From: the human T2T-CHM13v2.0 reference genome, Homo sapiens
NCBI RefSeq assembly: GCF_009914755.1
Contig: NC_060929.1
DNA: 64,000 nt
Direction: 5' to 3' (one strand)
The position numbers were made by a program, and so were the translations under genes. Shown here in pieces: positions 1 through 14,489 of the stretch. Every line of letters starts with the position of its first letter. The stretch's first letter is position 1. The notes beneath the pieces are model-generated. The model saw nothing but the letters and a program-made list of their open reading frames with translations, made no database searches and was not told where the DNA came from.

Positions 1-685
<685 letters not shown>

Positions 686-1179
686 TGTGGCCGTTACACC
701 TTTTATTCCTGAGTTATCACTACTTTTCTAGTTGTAGATACTGCTGCTCCTGTGTCTGGGCTCACCACTATGTGAGCAAGCTACTTAATGAGTCTACACC
801 TCAATATTATAATTTCTAAAATGGGAATAGCAATACCTACCTCGTTAAAATTAAAGACATGACAATTATATTATGCCAGGCACATGATAAGTGTTCAGTA
901 TTGGTAAATGCCCCAACTCTTGCTCATGTTCATTCTGTTTTCCCTTTCCAGTACTCAACTGTCTAGGTTTGAATGTAAACTGTCTTCCAAGTCAGGTTAA
1001 TTACTTGTGGAAAAATTACACTACAAAAGCATTTGTCTTTGTTATGTTTAATAATTTATAATCTAATTTTTATCATCTGAAATTCCAGAATAATTACAAA
1101 TTATCAAGTGTTGTGTTATGTAACTTTTGTACCTTCCCTGCTCATGCCATGTACTTTGTGTATTTTGAAATCATAAGCA

Positions 1180-2490
<1,311 letters not shown>

Positions 2491-3072
2491 CATGATCTTA
2501 AAGTGAGCACAGACAGCCTGAGTGGCTGTTTCTCTTCAGCAATGTGTGGATGGTTCCTAATGTGTAGATTTACACAGCAAATGCAATGAAAGTAAAGAAA
2601 GGGATTATTGTAGTGTCAGATTTACATGCATGATTCTTTAATGGATTGTAGCATTTGTGGAAAAATGAATACAGTTGGTATTTGAATAACTATTTTGTTG
2701 ATTATACCTGGATTTGATACCCAGGTGATTCCACCCTGGGCTCTTAGCTCAATTTTAGTATGATCCCAGAACTGGATTTAAATACAGACAGTCCCTGATT
2801 TACAATGTCTTGACTTAGGATTTTTTGACTTTATGATGGTACAAAAGCAATATACATTCAGTAGAAACTCTACTTTGAATTTGAATTTTGGTCTTTTCCT
2901 GGACTAGCGATATGTGGTACAATACTTCTCAAGATGCTGAGCCAAATCATCTAACACAGAGCCTATTTTAATAATAAAGTGTTGAATAACTCATGTATTT
3001 TATTAAATACTGTACAGAAAGTGCTCTGAGCATTTCTAAGATAGGTTAGGCTAAGCTATGATGTTTGGTAGA

Positions 3073-3524
3073 TGGTATGGTTTCAATACTTGTTTCTTCC
3101 AAAATCCATGATGAAATTTAATCCCAAATGTGTCAGTATTGAGAGGTGAGACCTTTAAGAGGTGATTGGGTTATGAGGGCTTTACCCTAATGAAGGGATT
3201 AATCCATTCATTTATGAATGGATTAATGCATTAATGGGTTATCATGGGAATGAGGCTGATGGCTTTATATGAAGAAGAAGTGGAAGAAGAGAAATCTGAG
3301 CTGGCATGCTCTGCCCCCTTGCCATGTGATGCCCTGAACAATCTCAGGATTCTACAGAGGCTTCACCCACACAAATGGTCTCTCCAGATGTGGCCCCTCA
3401 ACCTTAGACTTCCCAGGATCCAGAACTTTAATAAAGAAATTCCTTTTCTGTATAAGTTACCGTTTCCTATTTAATATACCTAACCTAGTGTCTTTGTGTG
3501 TTTTCTGTTGCTTATAACAGAATC
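3073..3524 (+). mobile_element. MaLR solo LTR (MST/MLT1A-type), 3' end inverted
   Basis: Starts TGGTATGGTTT...gaaatttaatccc...gaggtgattggg..atgagggc and has a 3' cagaac...aaattccttttctgtataagttacc tract; its terminal ...aagaca lies reverse-complemented at 3489-3524. Confidence 0.8.
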
Positions 3525-3685
3525 TTGTTATAATTTGTTGCTTATAACAGAATCTTGTTATAATTTGTTGCTTATGACAGAATCTTGTTATAATTTGTTG
3601 CTTATGACAGAATCTTGTTATAATTTGTTGCTTATAACAGAATCTTGTTATAATTTGTTGCTTATAACAGAATCTTGTTATAATT
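3506..3685. repeat. 30-bp minisatellite, 6 copies
   Basis: Unit TGTTGCTTAT(A/G)ACAGAATCTTGTTATAATT read directly; it produces the spurious repetitive ORF 3496..3741. Confidence 0.97.
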
Positions 3686-3963
3686 GTTTACTTATGAATT
3701 TTCAATTTGTGATGGTTTTATTGGGATGTAACCCATCATAAGTGAAGGAGCATCTATATATTTAGTATTGGGGGGAAGTTCTAAGAGGACATAATTTATT
3801 TATTTAAATCACACTTTATATTGAACTCATCTATCTATGTAGAATCAGTGAATCAAAAGAATTTGTTGGGAACCTTTCAAGTTGTAGATTCTGATTTCAT
3901 AGTTTAGTCAGGCAGAGAAAACAAAGATATATGAAACCATAATAGAGCAATTTTTTGGGTAAC

Positions 3964-4325
3964 TGTGACAGTCATTAGTTCTGTTCACCAAATATTTCCA
4001 GCTCTCTGCCTTCTGGGCACATGATGAAATTGCACTTCACAGCTATCGTTGAGTAAGACTATATTAGTTCTTGCCAGCAAGTTTTGATTAAAAGTGACAT
4101 GTGTAACTTCTGAGCCAGAGAACTTTCTTCTGCCATAGCAACTGGCAAAGTTGGTGGCTGCCCTGTCATCCTGGATCCTGGAATAAGGAGATAGCACGGA
4201 GTGGAGCCCTCAGGCCACCCGTGATGGACATGCAACAGAATGAAAAATTAAAGCTTTGTCATTTCAATCCACTGACATGTTGGGGTATTTGTTACTGTAT
4301 ATAACCCGACCTATTCCAACTGATG
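3964..4325 (+). mobile_element. Old MaLR solo LTR (MLT1J/MLT1I-like)
   Basis: TGTGACAG start; gaagtgacatgtgt-type and aagccactga...ggggtatttgttact motifs typical of MLT1. Confidence 0.65.
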
Positions 4326-4636
4326 GGTTACAGAGACATCTAAATATAGCATATTTTTAGCACCATCACACTCCTATGTCCATTTAAAAATAAGAAACTA
4401 TAAAACAACATCGGTTGAAAGTTTAATATCATTACCATGAAGTGAATATTGACACCTTCACTGTAAGCAGAATAGTCAAAATAAACCATTGTTTAGCTAC
4501 CTTGTTACAAATTTACAAGTTTGTAACACATTTCTAAATGTTATAATCTGGAAGTTTTGTTTTCTGTCTGTACCAATGTGATTGTCTAGTACAGAAACTT
4601 TAGGATAACTATACATTCTTTGATGATTTTGCAAAA

Positions 4637-4765
4637 ATAATTTAATATCTTGTTTAAGAAAAATACAGCATTTTCATTTAATATCTTGTTTAATAAAGAA
4701 AACAATATCTTGTTTAATAAAAGCATTTAATATTTTGTTTAATAAAGAAAAATACATCATTTTCA
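4637..4765. repeat. Degenerate AT-rich tandem repeat
   Basis: Four copies of AATAT(C/T)TTGTTTAA(TAAAG) with variable spacers. Confidence 0.8.
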
Positions 4766-5469
4766 AGCAGGTAGTAGGAGTAGGTTTTGTTATTTACAGA
4801 GCTATTCAACAAACGCTCTTTTATTAGCTCATCAATTTGCCAGTCAGACAAATGGAGTCAAGCTCCCATCCAGGAGGTTAGGAGAGAAAACACTCAGATT
4901 TCACATCACTTCACCCCACCTAATGACTTCACTTTCCATTTGACTTGTTGTCTGGCTCTGTTAATTATTGAACTAAAAAAATGTACTAACCAGATTGAAG
5001 CGGTAGTCTTCACTCCCACTAAATATGCAGAGATTAACCACAATGCAGATGATCTGGAAACATAAATTAATTTTGGTCATAGAATTTTTGAGGTAGAAGT
5101 ATAGTAAGAAAGACTTTTCTTTACTAAATATTTAGTGGTCTCTGTCTTAGTCCATTTTTACTGCAATAATAAAACACCACAGTCTGGGTCATTTATAGAT
5201 AATAGAAATTTACTTCTCACAGTTTTGAAGGCTGAGAAGTCCAAGATCAAGGTTCTGGCATTGTGTCTGATGAGGGCTTTCATGCTGCATCTTCACAAGG
5301 TTAAAAAAGACAAATGCTATGTCTTCCCATGATGGAAGGCAGCAGCGCAAAAAAGCGCCTAAACTAGTTTTCTCTAGCCCCTTTTTTAACTGTACAAAAA
5401 ATAAATAAGTTAACATTATTAAGTTACTACTTCAGTCCTTATGTTGTTTTTTAAAAATAATCAGTTTGA

Positions 5470-5787
5470 GGCCAGGCGCAGTGGCTCATACCTGTAATCC
5501 TAGCACTTTGGGAGGCCGAGGTGGGTGGATTACCTGAGCTCAGGAGTTTGAGACCAGCCTGGGCAACATGGCGAAACCCTGTCTCTACTAAAATACAAAA
5601 GAAATTAGCTGAGCGTGGCGACGTGTGCCTATAATCCCAGGTACGTAGGGGGCTGAGGCAGGAGAATTGCTTGAACCGAGGAGGCGGAGGTTGCAGTGAG
5701 CCGAGATCGTGCCACTCCACTCCACCACTCCACTCCAGCCTGGGCGGCAGAGCAAGACTCCATCTCTACCAAAAAAAAAAAAAAAAA
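5470..5787 (+). mobile_element. Alu (older AluS/J type) inserted in the pseudogene 3' UTR
   Basis: Dimeric Alu with A tail; TSD ATCAGTTTGA at 5460-5469 and 5883-5892; small CCACT duplication near 5712-5735. Confidence 0.93.
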
Positions 5788-5882
5788 GATATATATATTT
5801 TATAATATATTATATATTTTTATAATATATATAATAAAATATAATATATTATAAAATATATATAATATATATTTATATCTAT
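5788..5882. repeat. AT-rich low-complexity tract with a 26-bp perfect inverted repeat
   Basis: 5790-5815 is the exact reverse complement of 5839-5864. Confidence 0.9.
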
Positions 5883-7428
5883 ATCAGTTTGAAACACATT
5901 ATTGAAAGTGAATACACACAATAAATTGAAAAATAGGGATGCATAGTGCTGGATACATATCAATCAACTTATCTTCATCTGTTGCCTGCTGTTGTAGACA
6001 AAATTTGACACACAATTAGCATATTGACAGAGCAGCCAGAATACATAGGAGAAAGTGGCAAACTACTAGAAATGTAGCTTAGCTCTGGATCCATCACCAA
6101 AAATAATAAAAATAAAAATAAAAAAATTCATTGTTTATCTGGGAGCTAACCGCACTATGGCACTGAATTATCTACTACTCACAAAACAATTTTTAAAATA
6201 CCAAAAGTGCCAGAGAACCTTCATTAACAGTGTTTTTAAGTCAAAGTTTTTACTTTAAATATGTGATGATTACTCAAATACCCTAAGCCATTTGGCAGGC
6301 CCTATCACAATAAGTTACAAATAGTCTGAATTTAATAACTTAAATGTGATATGGTTGCTGTAATATATACTGTGTGAATATCTTAACCTCTTTCAGGTAG
6401 TTGATAATTAAAAGATTTAAATTTACAGTTTCAATTTCTGCTTAGAAGAATGATGTCAGTATTCTAGCAATAGTGATGGCATCCCATTATTGTAAATGCA
6501 GAAAATGATAATGTCTGTACAAGTGAATCTATATTCTATGTGAAAGTTTTCAATGGTGCAAGTTTATAACCAAAGCTGGGTTTAACAGATGCTTTCTGAC
6601 TTCTGAAAACATCATAAAAATCCTTCCTAAAGTGAACAAACTAAAGTTACAAGTAGGTGACACCAGTTGTTTTTTCCCTTTATGCGTGATGAACTTCATG
6701 AAGCATTAACTCCTGAGGTATATTTATTTCTGGACTATACAACTTACATCCTCTTCTTTCAAGGCAGCTACCATCTGCTTTACAACTTCATCAAAAAACA
6801 ATGTGGCAAGCTGAGAGTGTAGAAGAGATTGCAATTCAAAAGAAATTGAAAAATCAGAGGTACACATTTTTCAGTAGCCTGGAAGACCTGGGCTAAAACA
6901 CCAGTCTCCAAATGATCGAGAAGTTTCCCATCAATACAGGATGCCTTTCCAAAATGAGGTTTCACCAAGGTTACTACTGATGTATATTGCCCCAACACAG
7001 GTGGAAACCCAATTTCTAATTGTGTTTTACAATATCCGGATGTCTTTGATACTACATTTGATGTTTTACACCAAGGAATGAAATGCTTGTAATCCTCTAT
7101 TCCTGATACTAGATCATGCATTTCCTTCATGTTTCTTGAATGTCTTAAAATTCTTCTCTCTGAATATTCTTTCCTTTTGTTTATTAATGGTGCCGCAATT
7201 TTGAAGAAAGTTCTTGCACATATCTCCTTAGGCAAAATTGAGGTATGTAGTAGAAGAGTTCTGCTCATCAGTATACCACAGGAAGCTAAATATCTGACAT
7301 TCTGCACAGGCCCCTGCACTGGAGCCCACACTCCGACCACTGTAGCCGACTTCAGATGGCATCCCAAGACCACCCTTCTCAAGGCTGCCTGACCAGTCCA
7401 AGCTACCATGATAGACTCCTCTCCAGCC

Positions 7429-7436
7429 CTTTTATA
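7429..7436 (-). promoter_or_regulatory. TATA box (TATAAAAG) of the MaLR LTR, upstream of the retrocopy
   Basis: Minus strand reads GTCTTATAAAAGGGCTGGAGAGGAGTCTATCATG; function not demonstrated. Confidence 0.4.
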
Positions 7437-7984
7437 AGACATGAATCCATTCATAAGGGCAGAGCCCTCATCACTTAATTACTTCCCCAAAAGGCCCCAC
7501 CTCTTAATATCACCTCATTGGGGATTAAGCTTCAACATGAATTTTAGAAGGTCACCATCATTCAAACCATATCAATCTGTTTATCTGTTGTTTAGTTGTA
7601 AACTGGCATAGAAAGCCAAATGAAGTATGAGGGGCTTTATTCATGGTCACTGTATTTGCCCACTGTGTATCTCATCAGGATTTCTCTACATATCCTCTTT
7701 CCTGGAGTTTCTTTTAGTGCAAGGTTTACCTACGCTACATGATAGCTATAGGAAAAAATCCTGGTATTTCAAGCTAATGTTTGTGAAGAACATCCCCTGT
7801 ATCTTAAGACTTGCATAATAAATAGCATTCCACTCAAAAGACATCTTGCAATACTGGTATAGTTAGCTATAAGAATATCAAGCAATATAAGGTAGGAGAC
7901 CTGGGTTCAGGTTTCAACTGTGTAATTTACTAAACCATATGACTTTTTAACCTCTTTCAAATCTGTCTCCTTCTTTCCATGCCT

Positions 7985-8600
7985 CCTTCACTGCTTTGAT
8001 TTAAGCCCTTCTTACATAGCTCCCTTTCAGACTTGACTCCAATACAGCTGCCAGAGTGATCCTTCTAAGATGTTAATCAGTGTCAAGTCTTTTTAATGAG
8101 TCCCTACAGTTCTCAAGATAAAGTTCAAACCCCTGAATTTAGTATACACAGGCTTTCATGAGCTGCACTTTCCCTAACTCCCTAGTCCTAAGATTGTAAA
8201 GTGAGACAGGCTGTTAGCAAAATGCAGCTCACATATGTGTTCGGTCGAGTTTGCACTGTTTTTTGTTTTGTTTTTTTTTTTTAATTTTGTACCATCATTA
8301 ATTTAAAAATTGAAACCTTTTATGGCTTTGGAAACTGGAAGATATTCCCTCACATGGTGGCAATTGGTTATACTGACTGTTCTCTTTAGAATGGACATTC
8401 ACTCTTAAATTTACTACAGTTTCCACCCACAAAGTTTTACCCCCTTATGTAACTTGTGGGCAATTTGCATTCACCTCTGGCCTCATCTCTAACCACTTTT
8501 TTATGTTCATCATTTATAGCACTGAACTATGCCAAATTCCTCCAATGTTGTCTGACTACCTTTGCCTGGAATTCTCTCCTGCCCTTTTCATTTCTTTGTC
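7985..8600. mobile_element. L2 fragments (probably with an intervening hAT-type relic)
   Basis: cagctgccagagtgatccttctaa...ataaagttcaaaccc and ctttgcctggaat motifs; diverged. Confidence 0.5.
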
Positions 8601-9327
8601 TCACTAAAAGTGCCAAGTAACAAAGGTATTCCCCCCAAAAAGGGGACTGTCTGCTTTTGATTAGCTACCTTCTATAGAAGCTGACTGCCTGGACAGATCA
8701 TTGTCCAAAGACAACAAAAAGCTCATCCATTAGTCACCCAGTGGCATTTAACAGGAAGGAAATATTGGTGCTTCAAGGAGGGCATTTATTTAGCCTTAAT
8801 ACTAGCCTATTTGGCATCATAAATAAGAGAAAGAAAAGATGAAGAAATATGTCAGAAATAGATTCTGATTCAAATGCTACAATTGGGGTTAGTTACCATT
8901 AAATAGCAAAATAGAAAATGGATGACTCCTATGGCAAATGGTTTGGGGAGAGACAATGTCGAAGTTGCTTGGCATGACAATGAGTGCCTTAAAACCGTTT
9001 GGCCTAGAAGTTTCATCTGCAGGAATTTATCCAAGGAAAATAACCAGGAATGTACGCAAATAACTGAATGATATTTATAATAGCAAAAAAAAAGAAGCAA
9101 TGTAAATGTCCAACATTAGAAAATTGGTTAAGTCATTAGTTTTTAGACAGTACTTCTTAAAGTATAGGATTCCATAGGAGTGTGTTGATAACCATGTCAG
9201 AAAAGCCACAGGCTCTTCATCACCACTTCAATCAGAGTAGTTTCAGTTTTATGTGTTGTACATATTAAGGTTCCATGTGAGACTTTGTTTAGAAAAAAAA
9301 AAATCCGATCATAAAAATAAAAATTTG

Positions 9328-9669
<342 letters not shown>

Positions 9670-12600
9670 TTATACGACAATATATATTTGGAAACATGTA
9701 TGTTAACAGCTCAGTTATCTTTGGGTAGTGACTTTTTTGTTTGTTTGTTTTTGCTTGGATTTTTCTGTGTTTTCCATATTGTCTACAGCGAACATGGTAC
9801 TTACTATAGCCAGACCAAAAAAAAAAAAAAAAGGTTTTTGCAAAAAAACAAAAAAGGAATTGACAACAAATAGTCCACAAGCCACTGAAAATTCTTCAGC
9901 TTACCATTTTTGGCATTCAAATAATAGGTTTGTAAACCTGCTGTAGCTATGAAATGTTTCCTACTAAGTATAGGTTATAAAGAACGTTGAAGATACAGTT
10001 CAACACCCTCATTTTACATTTGAAGAAACTATGTCCAAAATGTTTCACTTTGTCGAAGCTAGAGCTGGGACCTCATGGTCTTCTGATTCCATTGCCTTTT
10101 CTGCTATCCACCTAATTTATAAAATGTATATTCATAATTCTCATTTCTTCCATTTATGTCTACCTAGTTGGAGCATTCATCATTGTGTTACTACTTTTTC
10201 CTTTGAGTGAAAACTATTATTTTTGAGGTGCCAGTGATCAAATTTCTCTGTTTAAAAAACTTTGTCACAAACCTAGAACATTAAAACAGGTCCAAAAGCT
10301 CTCATATAACTAATTGTTCTGATATACACAATTGGAATTTTATAATTGACTTTATTCCACTAATTCATTAAATGTGCATGTTTAGTCAAATTTATAATTT
10401 GGAATTGAACTAAATTGACTCCAAATATTCTTACTGTTTTCATTCTCTCTTGGCATCTACAAGGAAGACATTAGAACATGTTCCATGTGCCCCACCTTCC
10501 TTCTCAGACATGAATGTACTTGTGAAGCACTCTGTCTTGTATTTTAGGGTCTTAACTCATCTCGGAGTTATCTTACTATGATCACATTGATCTAACCCCC
10601 AAAGTAATGGATCTGTGTAATATTTTCTACATATGTATGTGTGTCAGGACTTTCCCATGGTTTCTTTCGCATTTTAATGTTGAGAAGTGAAAACTGGGTA
10701 TCCAGTCAAGCTTGGAGAGTCTGAAGAAATAGTATGAGGTAATGTGTTTCAAATAAAGGAAAATGAGAAGATTCATAAACTTAAGTCACTTCCCAAAAAC
10801 CTTCTACCAACCCAGAGCAAAAAAAAAAAAAAAAAAAAAAAAAACGAATAATTCATGATGAAAGGTAATCAAATACATAAAATACATAGAGGTTTTTAAG
10901 GTGAAATTGATATAGTTTGTTATTGATGATCCTATTCATGAAAAAACTTAGAAAAGAGGGATTTTGTAGAGCACTCTTTTCATTTGATGTTTAATTCTTC
11001 TGGTAAAAAGGGAAGTCCATATACCCAATAACATATTAGATCTATAACCAACCACACAATATTGTACCTTAACTCAGTGACTAAGAATTTTTTTAACCAT
11101 TTTCTCTAAGAATCCTAATGTTTTAATTTACTTAAAATGTTAATCTTTCAGATGTGTATCTCATAGAGAACATTTTGCTTAAAAGAATTGTAATTAAAAC
11201 TGAAATCATTTATAAAGTTGTTTGTACCAAAATAATTCCTTTGAACATCACATGTAGGAAATTTGGGGTGAATTTTTAAATATTTTTAAATGTCATAGTT
11301 TTATGACCTCTTCTGATTTAGTCATTCTCATTGTTTTAATGCACTTGGGCTGTTGTTCATTTACTCTAGGATTGAGCATAGAAGCTCATAGATGTAAAAT
11401 GGAATTTGATTTGTAAACAATCAATTTAATAACTTGAATTTCATGTAAATATATTTTCTCATGATTAAACCTTTGTTGACATAATATGTCAGTGTTTCCA
11501 AGGAAGCATTCACATTTAGGAGTAACTATGCTATTAGCTAAAAATTTCAATATAGAAATATTATTGTGACACCTCTTAAAGTTTTAAGTTAAATACTTAT
11601 ATACTATTAGAATAGCACTACCTGATTATTTTCTAGATAATATTTAAGAATAATATTTTATGTATATATTAAACAGTAGTTTTCAAAGCACACACAGATT
11701 ATTTCATTTAGTTTTGACATACACCCTGGGAAAGACAGAAATGAGGAAGATTATTTAAAAATTAGGATAGTGAGATTAGTGACAGACTCAAAATTTCATG
11801 GCTGTTATTTGATAGGGCAGGCCTAGAACCTGGTGCTTGCCCAGGATTATTTCTGCTTATCTTTTAACCTCTATAAATGAAGACATATACCCTAGAATTG
11901 TTTACAGCTTAATAAAAAGCAAGTTGCAGAATTGTACATATGTTCTAAAGCAAATAATATAAACAAAAAATACCAAATATTTTCCATTGTTACCTAAATA
12001 AATGTGTAGAAGTTTACATATAAACTGTTAAGATTGGTTATCTCTGGGGTATGTGGGGCTGGAATTGACACTGAGGGGTGTTTCAAAGGGGGTTCTAGCC
12101 TTATCTGAAATACAATCTAAATATATTTCTGTATGGCTTGTGAAGTTAAAAATTTTTCATTTAACTTTAAGGAATATACAGGTAGACTATGAGAGTTACT
12201 GAGCTATACCAGGAAGGAGTGGGAATGGATAGAGAGGTACATGGAAGAGTCGCTGCTGTTTCATGAATAAAAACAGGTCATTACACTGTCTTTGGAATCC
12301 CTATGTAATTATTTTATGTCTTGTTGTAACCTACTGGTTGACAGAAATAAAGGAATCAAAAGAGTGTCTTTTCAGAATCATTCTAATTTGTTCATAGTTT
12401 TGGGAAATATTCCACAAAGATAAACTGGCCATGGTGCCATATTGTGCAACTAATTAATATCGGTCAAGGGGGGGTTGTTTGTTTCATTGACAATAGCACT
12501 GGTAAATTAAAAGTAATAAATTCAGTTGAAAACCACGTGTAATTCTGAGTCGTATATGTTCTGATCCCATTGGTAACTCCTTTGGGCTTTGTTCAGCGGG

Positions 12601-13215
12601 GCGGAGGCATGGTTCATGATTCCCTCCACTGTCACTTCACCCTCCTGGAATGTAGCAACTGATTTTCAAAAGCTGAAACCATGACTTTTCACAGGAGCTT
12701 GTTATTCCTTTTTTCAAAGTTTATTTGAATCAGAGTGGGATTAGTCTAAGATATCCCCTGTGCTTGGCATGTGTTCCTTTAGAAAAGCTAGCTGATCCAG
12801 CCCTTAATTCCTGGTTAGTAAGATAATAGACATAGCTGGGTGAGGTTCTAAAGATGGAATAATTTGGCACAACACATCTCTGACTGAAATCTAAATGTGA
12901 CTCTTGAGACCAATGGACTGAATTGGTCTGTCTGCGTGAATTTCACTTTCCTTTCTCAATTAATCAACTTCGTGTCTGAAGTGTCTAAAAGAAGCTCTTC
13001 TCTAACTTTTCTGGCTCACACATTTACTTTTCTGTCTGACAGCTTGTCACCTTTATTCTAGGCCCAAAGCATCCAACAAGTAGTTTTTGCCCTTGCTTAG
13101 TGGCTCTCTGATACAATTTTCCAAAATGTACACTTTATAATCCAGGAAATCCTCTACATTCATGATAGCCATAACAGTGATGGCAATAATAAGAGCAGCT
13201 AACATTTATTTAGCC

Positions 13216-13533
13216 CCATGTGATTATGGGGGCTGGCAAGTCTGAAATATGTATGGCAAGCAGGCTGGCTGGAAACTCAAATAGGAGTTAATGCTGCAGT
13301 CTTGAGGCAGAATTTCTTCTCTTGGAAACCTCAGTTTTTGCCCTTAAGGCCTTTCCACTGATTGGATGAAGCCCACCCATATTTTCTAAGGTAATATCCC
13401 TTACTGAAAGTCAACTGATTGAATATATTAACGACATCAACAAAATAGCTTCATAGCAACACCTAGAATAATGTTTTATTGAATAACTAGGTACTCTTAC
13501 CTAATCAGATGACACATAAAACTAACCATCACA
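13216..13533 (-). mobile_element. MLT2 (ERVL) LTR fragment
   Basis: gggggctggcaagtctgaaat, actgattggatgaagcccaccca, aagtcaactgatt and the terminal gacacataaaactaaccatcaca. Confidence 0.85.
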
Positions 13534-14489
13534 AGCTAGGAACACAAAGTACCTGAGAAGATTGAGAAGGAATGTTGAGAGAGGTGGACAATGGGGGGTT
13601 ATTGCAATAATGCAATAACTGACGATGTGCATGTAAAGTAGTTGAGGACTAGATGAAAATTATGGGACAAATCTAAACAATGTGAACGAGGTAGAGTTGA
13701 CGGTATCTGGTGACCTTTTGGACAAATAATGTAATCAGTAGTAGGAGACTGCCACCAATAATAAATTCATTGACCATCAGTTTTCTAGTCTGGCCTGTGA
13801 AGGATTAAGATACGTGTATGTTGTGTATCTAGGATTTGTTAGGCATACTGCCTCAGTATAATGACACAGAGTTTTTGAATGACTCTTCTCCAGCCCATTC
13901 TCCTGCCCTCTTACCCTGCCTTTTCACATCAACATATTTTGAGGAAATTGAAAAAGAAGGGCATGAATTTTGAAAAGATCCATTAGTAGGCTTGGCATTC
14001 TGCCCATTCATAACATTTCAGGGACAATATGAGAAAAGAAGAGAAACATCTTTTGTACAAAATCATTGGCCGAAGCTTAGCCATCTTGGTTTACAAACAA
14101 TCTAAAACCCAATATCCTAGTGTAACAGAGAGAGAATAGCACAGCTTTCTATGCCTTATTTCACAAATGTTAATGTGAAGGAGAAAAATAAAGCAAGTTA
14201 ATTTTATTAATGTTGATATTTGACTATGCCAACCAGAAAACTTACTATTTTATAATTTACAATAGTTTTATTTGCTTACATTATAAATGATCCAGAATGG
14301 AGATGGAGAGAGGTATATAGAAATCTAATCGTAAAATCTTCATGATACATTTCCATCCATATAATATTCAAAAGACTGGACTTGCTCTCAATGTTTTGAC
14401 CATCTGTATAGTGTTAAGTTCCTCCCGAAAATGTGTAATTTTTTTTACTGGAACATATTTTAAATGAATGAATAAATGCATGTCATATA

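Larger units (their letters stand above)
2785..3756. mobile_element. MER47/Tigger5-family DNA transposon (TcMar-Tigger), interrupted by an LTR and a minisatellite
   Basis: TA-flanked termini CAGACAGTCCCTGATTTACAATG and ...CATCATAAGTGAAGGAGCATCT; internal gctaagctatgatgtttggta and aaatcatctaacacagagcctatttt motifs as recalled for MER47. Confidence 0.7.
5382..7417 (-). pseudogene. COQ10B: Processed pseudogene of COQ10B (coenzyme Q-binding START-domain protein); CDS-derived part 7409->6680 plus a long 3' UTR. Possibly COQ10BP2 (not verifiable here)
   Basis: Translation [14 protein letters not shown]...[14 protein letters not shown]...EICARTFF...[11 protein letters not shown]...[10 protein letters not shown]...LEIGFPP...[14 protein letters not shown]...LMLHEVHH* matches COQ10B and is intronless. 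It has frameshifts near 6903 and 6762 and an in-frame TGA near 6875, a short A-tail remnant, and a TSD CTC(T/C)AGCCC(C)TTTT at 5372-5385 and 7421-7433. Confidence 0.95.
5143..7574 (-). mobile_element. MaLR solo LTR (MSTC/MSTD/MLT1A-like), split by the COQ10B retrocopy into 5143-5385 and 7418-7574
   Basis: TGTCTTAGTCC...ggctgagaagtccaagatcaagg at the left end; agggcagagccctcat...aggccccacctcttaat...caaaccatatca at the right end. Confidence 0.85.

Noticed and set aside
3496-3741. Repetitive peptide ORF, or a CRISPR-like array of palindromic repeats
   Set aside because: Head-to-tail 30-bp units with no unique spacers, in primate DNA; the ORF follows from the unit length being a multiple of 3.
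6780-7454. 224-aa ORF as a functional COQ10-like gene
   Set aside because: It starts in an LTR and frameshifts out of the COQ10B frame near 6903; the remaining CDS has a stop and a second frameshift; it is intronless with a TSD.
10818-10843. Isolated poly(A) as the tail of a hidden retrocopy
   Set aside because: No upstream polyadenylation signal, recognisable body or TSD found.
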